Shown: positions 58,270-64,000 of the stretch, in pieces
How the letters are laid out: each line of letters starts with the position of its first letter
How positions within the stretch are numbered: the first letter of the stretch is position 1
DNA from: Candidatus Heimdallarchaeota archaeon
Lineage (GTDB): Archaea; Asgardarchaeota; Heimdallarchaeia; Hodarchaeales; Hodarchaeaceae
Length of the DNA: 64,000 nucleotides
Assembly: GCA_020353515.1 (NCBI GenBank)
Contig: CP070695.1
Coordinates: 1,271,637-1,335,636, forward strand
Reading direction: 5' to 3'
Notes under the pieces: generated by a model
Told to the model about the DNA's origin: nothing
Seen by the model: only the letters and a program-made list of their open reading frames with translations
The model's database searches: none
Translations under genes and position numbers: made by a program

Positions 58270-58875
58270 TTGGTGAAGTTTATGTCTGACGATCCAGAAA
58301 GAGATGACTTATTTGCTGAGGTTCAAAATGTTGTAGCTTCAGTTGATTTAAGATGTAAAATAAAATTAGAAAAAGCTGCAAGTCGTCTGCCTGGAGATGT
58401 GCAAGTTTCATACATCCCAGAACAATTCCCTGGAGTTGTAGTCAAGATCAAAAAACCCAAGGTTTCAATCTTAGTTTTTTCCTCAGGGAAGTTAGTTGTT
58501 ACAGGAGCAAAATCAGTCCCTATGATTGAGGAAGCAGTTGAAGTAATTTCTGAGTTACTCAGACAAGCAGGACATAATGTTAAACATGAAGCTACTATAA
58601 CAGTACAGAATATTGTTGCCTCAGGAACATTAGGGAAAAGAATCAATTTAGAGCTCGCTGCATTATTGCTAGAGCATTCAATGTACGAACCTGAGCAATT
58701 TCCAGGATTAATATATCGAATGCAAGACCCAAAAGTTGTTCTTCTCCTTTTTCAGTCAGGAAAGCTTGTGTGTACTGGTGCGAAAAAAGAAGAATATGTA
58801 TATCAGTCAATTCATAAAATATTTGGGATTCTTGAAGAGATAGATGCATTTGAAGTAAGCGGGGTTCAATTTTAG
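58270..58875 (+). CDS. tbp: TATA-box binding protein
   Basis: Two repeats QNVVAS/QNIVAS, PEQFPG, FSSGKLVVTGAK/FQSGKLVCTGAK. Confidence 0.97.
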   Translation: MVKFMSDDPERDDLFAEVQNVVASVDLRCKIKLEKAASRLPGDVQVSYIPEQFPGVVVKIKKPKVSILVFSSGKLVVTGAKSVPMIEEAVEVISELLRQAGHNVKHEATITVQNIVASGTLGKRINLELAALLLEHSMYEPEQFPGLIYRMQDPKVVLLLFQSGKLVCTGAKKEEYVYQSIHKIFGILEEIDAFEVSGVQF

Positions 58876-60398
58876 ATCAAATCTTTGCGAATGAAGTCAA
58901 ATCCCTCTTGTATTGCAATAGGGACGTGTCGTAGAAGATTTGAGAGGTTAAAATCCTTTTTCACAAGTTCCCCTGCCCTACCGTTGATGTATGTTCCGAT
59001 ACAGGCAGCATAGAAAGCTATTTCTGTTTGTGTAAGAAATCCAGCAATTAGACCAGCCAAAACATCACCTGTTCCTCCCCTTGTCATTTGAGCTGTCCCT
59101 GTTTTATTGATTTTAATTCGGTTAGTATTATCAGTAACGATATCCCAATGGCCTTTGATTACCCACACATTTGGAAATTGGGTCGAAACCTCCTTAACCA
59201 ACTGACATCGTTTATGAAATTCATGAGCACCTGCAGGGATAGGGATATCTGTAATTGCAGCAAATTCTCCAGCATGGGGCGTTAATATCGTTTTAGATGA
59301 AACTTCCGCCATGTCTAGAAGTTTGAGTGCATCTGCATCTATCACAATTGGTTTTTTTAATTGGTTAACTAAGGATAAAACCTTTGAGACTGCTATTTTA
59401 GTATCTGGATGTTGTCCTAGTCCTGGTCCTAGAACAGTAACGTCATTTTGTTCAATTAACTCTTTTGAGAGTGATTCTTCAGTTAAGTGTGGAGACGGAT
59501 AGTCATAGACAATAAATTCAGGTGAATAGGATCGAATAACATTACTAATTTTCTGTGGGGCTAAGATTGATACCAAATCCACTCCTGATTGGATAGCTCC
59601 CATTCCAGAAAGTGCAGGAGCGCCAGAATATGTCTCACTTCCTCCAATGACCAAAATTCTCCCATTATCTCCCTTTTTCGACCAAAAACTACGGGATTTA
59701 AGAGCTAATAAATCACCTGGTCCAATAATCTTTTCAGCTTCAGGTGGAACCCCTATTGGGATAATTCGTAGTTTTCCTGAATTCTTTGCATTCAATCCTC
59801 GCTTTTGTTTGTGAAATATTCCTGTATGTTGTGGAGTTAAGAATATATTCGCAGTATCCCCCGTATCTGGATCAATCCCAGTAGGGGTATCTGCACTAAT
59901 TACAATAGCGCCCTTTTCCTGCCATCTCTTAATTGATTGTAGTAATGTAGTTAATGGCTCTCTTAAAATACCTTTTATTCCTGTACCAAGTATACAATCT
60001 ACAATCAAAGTATTTGAATCTATATCCAGAGATTTTACATCCTCAATTTGTTTAAGTTCAAAAATTTTAATAGATTCAGACATGTTTTGCAATATTTTCC
60101 AATTTTGAAGTGTTGACCGCTTTGTAATGTCTTTATGCGACCCTATTAAATATAGACGGATTGGTAGATTCTTGCGTGAAAGATGTCGAGCTGCCACCAT
60201 TCCATCCCCTCCATTTCCGCCTTTTCCAGCAAGGATTACAATGTCAGATGGTTTATTCATAGAACTAAAAATTTCCCAAACAAGTTCTGCTAGTCCTCCC
60301 CCAGCATTTTCCATTAAAATAATACGGTTTACTCCAAGATATTCTGAGTTTACATCTGTAATACTCATTTCAAGAGTAGAGATCTTCTCTGAATTCAC
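58872..60398 (-). CDS. nnr: Bifunctional NAD(P)HX epimerase/dehydratase
   Basis: LMENAG, GGNGGDG, DTPTG; KGDNGRILVIGGS, DADAL, LTPHAGEF, GGTGDVLAG. Confidence 0.93.
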   Translation of the reverse strand: MNSEKISTLEMSITDVNSEYLGVNRIILMENAGGGLAELVWEIFSSMNKPSDIVILAGKGGNGGDGMVAARHLSRKNLPIRLYLIGSHKDITKRSTLQNWKILQNMSESIKIFELKQIEDVKSLDIDSNTLIVDCILGTGIKGILREPLTTLLQSIKRWQEKGAIVISADTPTGIDPDTGDTANIFLTPQHTGIFHKQKRGLNAKNSGKLRIIPIGVPPEAEKIIGPGDLLALKSRSFWSKKGDNGRILVIGGSETYSGAPALSGMGAIQSGVDLVSILAPQKISNVIRSYSPEFIVYDYPSPHLTEESLSKELIEQNDVTVLGPGLGQHPDTKIAVSKVLSLVNQLKKPIVIDADALKLLDMAEVSSKTILTPHAGEFAAITDIPIPAGAHEFHKRCQLVKEVSTQFPNVWVIKGHWDIVTDNTNRIKINKTGTAQMTRGGTGDVLAGLIAGFLTQTEIAFYAACIGTYINGRAGELVKKDFNLSNLLRHVPIAIQEGFDFIRKDLI

Positions 60399-60517
60399 CT
60401 TTAATCACCAGAGAGAATATAAAGTAGGAACATAGAGATTGATTAGACTATTACTAGATCTTTCTGAAAAATTTTCCCACCAATAAATATTCAAAGTCCT
60501 CAAAACTTTTCAAACCA

Positions 60518-61993
60518 TTGACGGATAGATGTGATTTGGACTATCTATTTTTTTTCCTATTGAGCATTAATATTATTTCAGGGCTTCTTCTTCTTCCATA
60601 TCCAATCAATATGTTTCTTCTCGCGATTTCATCACGTAAATGGAAGGATCCTCAAATTATGGAGTACTATAAAGAATCTGAGCTTCCTAATGTTACAATT
60701 CAGCTGCCTGTTTTTAATGAGTCTAGAATTATTCGACGTACTCTTTCTAACCTTACTAGACTATTATATCCAAAGGATAAACTACATATTCAGGTTCTTG
60801 ATGATTCTACCGATCAAACAGTGTCGATTCTTGATACTGAAGTTCTATCTCTTAAAAACCAAGGAATAAATATCGAAGTAATTCGTAGAAGGAGTAGAGA
60901 GGGGTATAAAGCTGGAGCTCTGGTAAATGGATTAAAACATGGAGTTTCTGAATTTATTGTGATTTTTGATGCCGATTTTCAGCCCAACACCCAATTTTTG
61001 ATGGATTCAATTCACCACTTCAAAAACAATGATCAATTAGGTGCCATTCAAACCCGCTGGGTTCATTCCAATCTTAATTTTTCTTTATTTACTCGATCCA
61101 TGGCAATTGGGCTTGATGGTCATTTTCTTGTTGAAAAACCAGGTCGTAAAAGAAGGAATGCCTTCATCACCTTTAATGGCACTGGTGGAATATGGAGACG
61201 TTCAGCAATAGAAGACTGTGGGGGATGGTCTTCAGCAACGCTTGCAGAAGATTTGGATCTAGCATATCGTGCTCAGATGAAGGGTTATGAGATTATTTAT
61301 TTAAAGGATGTTACCAACTCGCAAGAAGTTCCTCCCACGATTCGCTGTTGGATCATCCAACAAAGTAGATGGTCAAAAGGATTCTCACAGAATATAAGGA
61401 AGAATTATATTTCATTTTGGAAGAAATCAAAAGGAAAATCACGTATTCAGGGGACAATTCACCAAACTCAATATTTGGTACCGCTTTTGATCTTAATTAT
61501 AACAATAACAAGCTCCTTATTGTTATTCTTTCCTGAATATGATGGAACCTTATTGACTATTTTCAGTGTTTTCTATTCTGTTGCTGCGATCTTAGGTCTC
61601 TTGGCTTATATGGTTTCAGTAATTAGAGCAAAAAGGCCACTTAGAGATATTTTATTAATTCCATTTTTCCTTTTTTGGGGAGCTGGATTAATAGTCAGAA
61701 TGGGATTAGGTACATTAAGCGGACTAATTAGGAAGGGAGGAGAATTTGAAAGAACTCCCAAGTTTAATTTATTCAATGATCAGAAGAAAAGCTCAATTAA
61801 CATTAGGGAGAAAATTCCTTTGGATAAAGTACTTTTGGCTGAATTGGCTTATATTGTGATCATTGGTATAGGCTTACTTAAAGGAATAGAATTAGGAGGA
61901 TTGTTTCTGTCTCAAGTGGTCTTCTACTCATTTCTTCTTCTTAGTCTATTGAATCTGGTGCTCTCTGAACTGTTACATGCTCTGGCTAGGTGA
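60518..61993 (+). CDS. Processive GT2, cellulose-synthase-like
   Basis: QLPVFNE, LDDSTD, KAGAL, FDADF, AEDLDL, QQSRW (QxxRW), C-terminal TMs. Confidence 0.9.
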   Translation: MTDRCDLDYLFFFLLSINIISGLLLLPYPINMFLLAISSRKWKDPQIMEYYKESELPNVTIQLPVFNESRIIRRTLSNLTRLLYPKDKLHIQVLDDSTDQTVSILDTEVLSLKNQGINIEVIRRRSREGYKAGALVNGLKHGVSEFIVIFDADFQPNTQFLMDSIHHFKNNDQLGAIQTRWVHSNLNFSLFTRSMAIGLDGHFLVEKPGRKRRNAFITFNGTGGIWRRSAIEDCGGWSSATLAEDLDLAYRAQMKGYEIIYLKDVTNSQEVPPTIRCWIIQQSRWSKGFSQNIRKNYISFWKKSKGKSRIQGTIHQTQYLVPLLILIITITSSLLLFFPEYDGTLLTIFSVFYSVAAILGLLAYMVSVIRAKRPLRDILLIPFFLFWGAGLIVRMGLGTLSGLIRKGGEFERTPKFNLFNDQKKSSINIREKIPLDKVLLAELAYIVIIGIGLLKGIELGGLFLSQVVFYSFLLLSLLNLVLSELLHALAR

Positions 61994-61996
61994 ATA

Positions 61997-62419
61997 TTAA
62001 CTTCTTATAATTCCCACACAATCATGTTTCTCTGGTAAGCGGTGCTCAGCACAGAAGTAGCTATTACAATAACTACAGGTAAAACCCATCAGTTCTTTTT
62101 TCCCACAATATTCGCATGAACCTCTCATAACGGTTTTTTTGACTGTTTTAGGAGGAGGAATTATAGTTGGGCGGAAAGATGGCGATTGTGGAGTGTAATA
62201 CTGATTATAAGGAGAAGTTCGAACTTGGCCTCTCATTGGCTGTATAATAAGGATATAGGCAATTATTAAAGAAATTAAAGTCGTAGTTCCACCTAAGAAG
62301 AGTAAATAAGTAACACTGGTTGAAAAAACTGATGAAAAAAGAGACATAATAATAATTAGGATTATTGAGAAAACTCCAAGAATTAGAGCTAGTTGTTCTT
62401 GTTGAGTAAGCTTATACAA
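61997..62419 (-). CDS. Membrane protein with AN1-type zinc finger
   Basis: Two TMs; CEYC...FTCSYCNSYFCAEHRLPEKHDC. Confidence 0.85.
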   Translation of the reverse strand: MYKLTQQEQLALILGVFSIILIIIMSLFSSVFSTSVTYLLFLGGTTTLISLIIAYILIIQPMRGQVRTSPYNQYYTPQSPSFRPTIIPPPKTVKKTVMRGSCEYCGKKELMGFTCSYCNSYFCAEHRLPEKHDCVGIIRS

Positions 62420-63002
62420 TGAATATCCCCCTGAAGGGATGAAATAGCCATAAAATGACTGTTATTCCCATGATTACTCCAAAGACCCCACTATGCCAAC
62501 GATAGACTTTAGCACCATCTAGAATGGAAAAGGGGATAAGATTGAATAAAGCCAGATCAATAGAAACCCTACTCACGAATAATAAAACATTTGTAAAATT
62601 TAATGGCATTAAAGCTGAAAAAAACAGAAATAACCCACCTAACAAGATATTTAATAATGGTCCAGCCATAGCAATCCGTGCTTCAGTGTCAGGACGATAT
62701 GTTCCAGAACTTAATACGACACCTGGTGCAATAATTTTCACTGGAAATACTGGAACTATTGAAAACAAAGAAAAAATGGCCATATTTGGATCAAGTCGAA
62801 AGTTCGAGGTTAACCCATTACCTTGAGCTACAAATTTATGTGCTAATTCATGAAGAAACCAAAGTGGAATGATGAATAACGCTAGAATTAGTAGTTCCAA
62901 AAGTGTGTCGAAATCGTAAATTGCTATAGAAAGTTCAACTACCACAAATATTAATGTCCCAATTAATAAATCACGCTTCTCAATTTGTGTAAATGAAAAC
63001 AT
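62412..63002 (-). CDS. M50 (site-2-type) intramembrane metalloprotease
   Basis: HELAH, AGPLLN, FNLIPFSILDG. Confidence 0.9.
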   Translation of the reverse strand: MFSFTQIEKRDLLIGTLIFVVVELSIAIYDFDTLLELLILALFIIPLWFLHELAHKFVAQGNGLTSNFRLDPNMAIFSLFSIVPVFPVKIIAPGVVLSSGTYRPDTEARIAMAGPLLNILLGGLFLFFSALMPLNFTNVLLFVSRVSIDLALFNLIPFSILDGAKVYRWHSGVFGVIMGITVILWLFHPFRGIFIV

Positions 63003-63023
63003 CCTAAAAAGCAGCCTCTCTCC

Positions 63024-63206
63024 TTACTTATCACTAATTTGATTGACCAATTTTTCCCATGTACCAAGTTCCTGCTTCAATAATTCTTCAATAGCAATTC
63101 TTAAAAAATGAGACCGAGATTCATATTGTTCAATACGTACAAAATTATCTATAAGGATCAGTATCTGATCTGGGATTTTAATACTGATAGGTTTCTGACG
63201 CGTCAT
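63024..63206 (-). CDS. Ribbon-helix-helix (CopG-like) regulator
   Basis: ISIKIP...IDNFV...YESRSHFLRIAIEELL. Confidence 0.85.
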   Translation of the reverse strand: MTRQKPISIKIPDQILILIDNFVRIEQYESRSHFLRIAIEELLKQELGTWEKLVNQISDK

Positions 63207-63439
63207 TAGTGCATCCTCTCGTTACTTCAGTATAAGGCTACTTATTTCACTTTATATCTTTGTTTTTTCATTTTTTAAATGCTTTCTCAGACCTAATAAC
63301 TTTTTTGTTTTTTCAATGCTGCAATTTTAATCGTTTTACCTTTATAAAAAAATAAAGGGAAAGATATTACCAGTTATAAAAAAGAAACAATTTTATATCT
63401 TGGTTATCTTGCTTAATTTTTAGAGTAAGGTGTCCTAAA

Positions 63440-64000
63440 GTGAAAAGTGTTCTAATAGTGCCTACTGGTATTCTCGTAGGAGAGAAAGTCCAAGAAACGG
63501 TTAAAATTATTGATTCTATATGGTTTGATGAAAATTTCACAGTAACGAATGATAATCTAGGAGACTACATTAAAAAAGAAGGGAGTAGACTTGTAGAATT
63601 GCTTGATCAAACGGAAGAGGAGATTATTTCTGACAATCCCCATATTACTGATTTCTTACGTCAAGAAGGTTTTGAAAACGCCAGATTCGCTATAGCTGAG
63701 GAATTAACTCCATTTAGGAGGTTAATAAATGATTATATTAACAAGAATATGCAGATAAAACCTTCTATTTCGCTATCAAGCATCATTCGAGAGAAAGCAA
63801 TGCAGAGAACACGAGTACTCTTAAGGGAAAAAGTCGAAGCGAGGGATGTTTACCTCGCGCAGGCAATCAAGAGTATAGATGATGTGAATTCCATTCTTAA
63901 CTTAATTTATGCGCGATTGTCTGAATGGTATGGTATTCACTTTCCAGAATTACAGGATTTAGTACGAGATAATCCTCAATACATCACATTGATTTCAAAA
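63440..64000 (+). CDS. nop5: C/D-box RNP protein Nop5 (Nop56/58), truncated by window end; not in ORF track
   Basis: GTG start after AAGGTG; RDVYLAQAIKSIDD...ARLSEWYGIHFPEL. Confidence 0.92.
   Translation, partial: MKSVLIVPTGILVGEKVQETVKIIDSIWFDENFTVTNDNLGDYIKKEGSRLVELLDQTEEEIISDNPHITDFLRQEGFENARFAIAEELTPFRRLINDYINKNMQIKPSISLSSIIREKAMQRTRVLLREKVEARDVYLAQAIKSIDDVNSILNLIYARLSEWYGIHFPELQDLVRDNPQYITLISK

Noticed and set aside
1-64000. Mobile elements, proviruses, CRISPR arrays, defence islands
   Set aside because: No transposase, integrase, att-like tRNA duplications or spaced repeats seen; the HerA gene has no Sir2/nuclease partner.

Overview
AT-rich, gene-dense archaeal chromosome segment. 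The gene content points to an Asgard archaeon, probably Heimdallarchaeia (inference): archaeal TBP/TFB, Cbf5, Nop5 and EndA occur alongside longin-like domains, a membrane RING protein and a SNM1-type nuclease. Most of the window is housekeeping: split ribosomal protein clusters, Hsp20-CDC48, TmcA, RNase Z, pterin and redox enzymes, and four tRNAs, three with introns (two of the four introns at non-canonical positions). The standout is a circularly permuted 5S rRNA gene at about 13470-13632. Its 3' half precedes its 5' half, and the native ends are joined by a 3-nt loop. The unit is bracketed by a 9-bp inverted repeat and a bulge-helix-bulge-like motif whose predicted cleavage and ligation restores the conserved CCGAACCCGGAA/GTTAAG junction and gives a 120-nt circle. 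Also notable: an apparently non-catalytic EndA subunit, a multi-TM polyproline/WH2-like protein, a HerA-longin fusion, an unannotated eL41, several genes that appear to start at CTG/ATT/ACG, and palindromic promoter elements upstream of hsp20 and tbp. No mobile elements or CRISPR arrays were seen. All calls are by eye from motifs; no searches were run.
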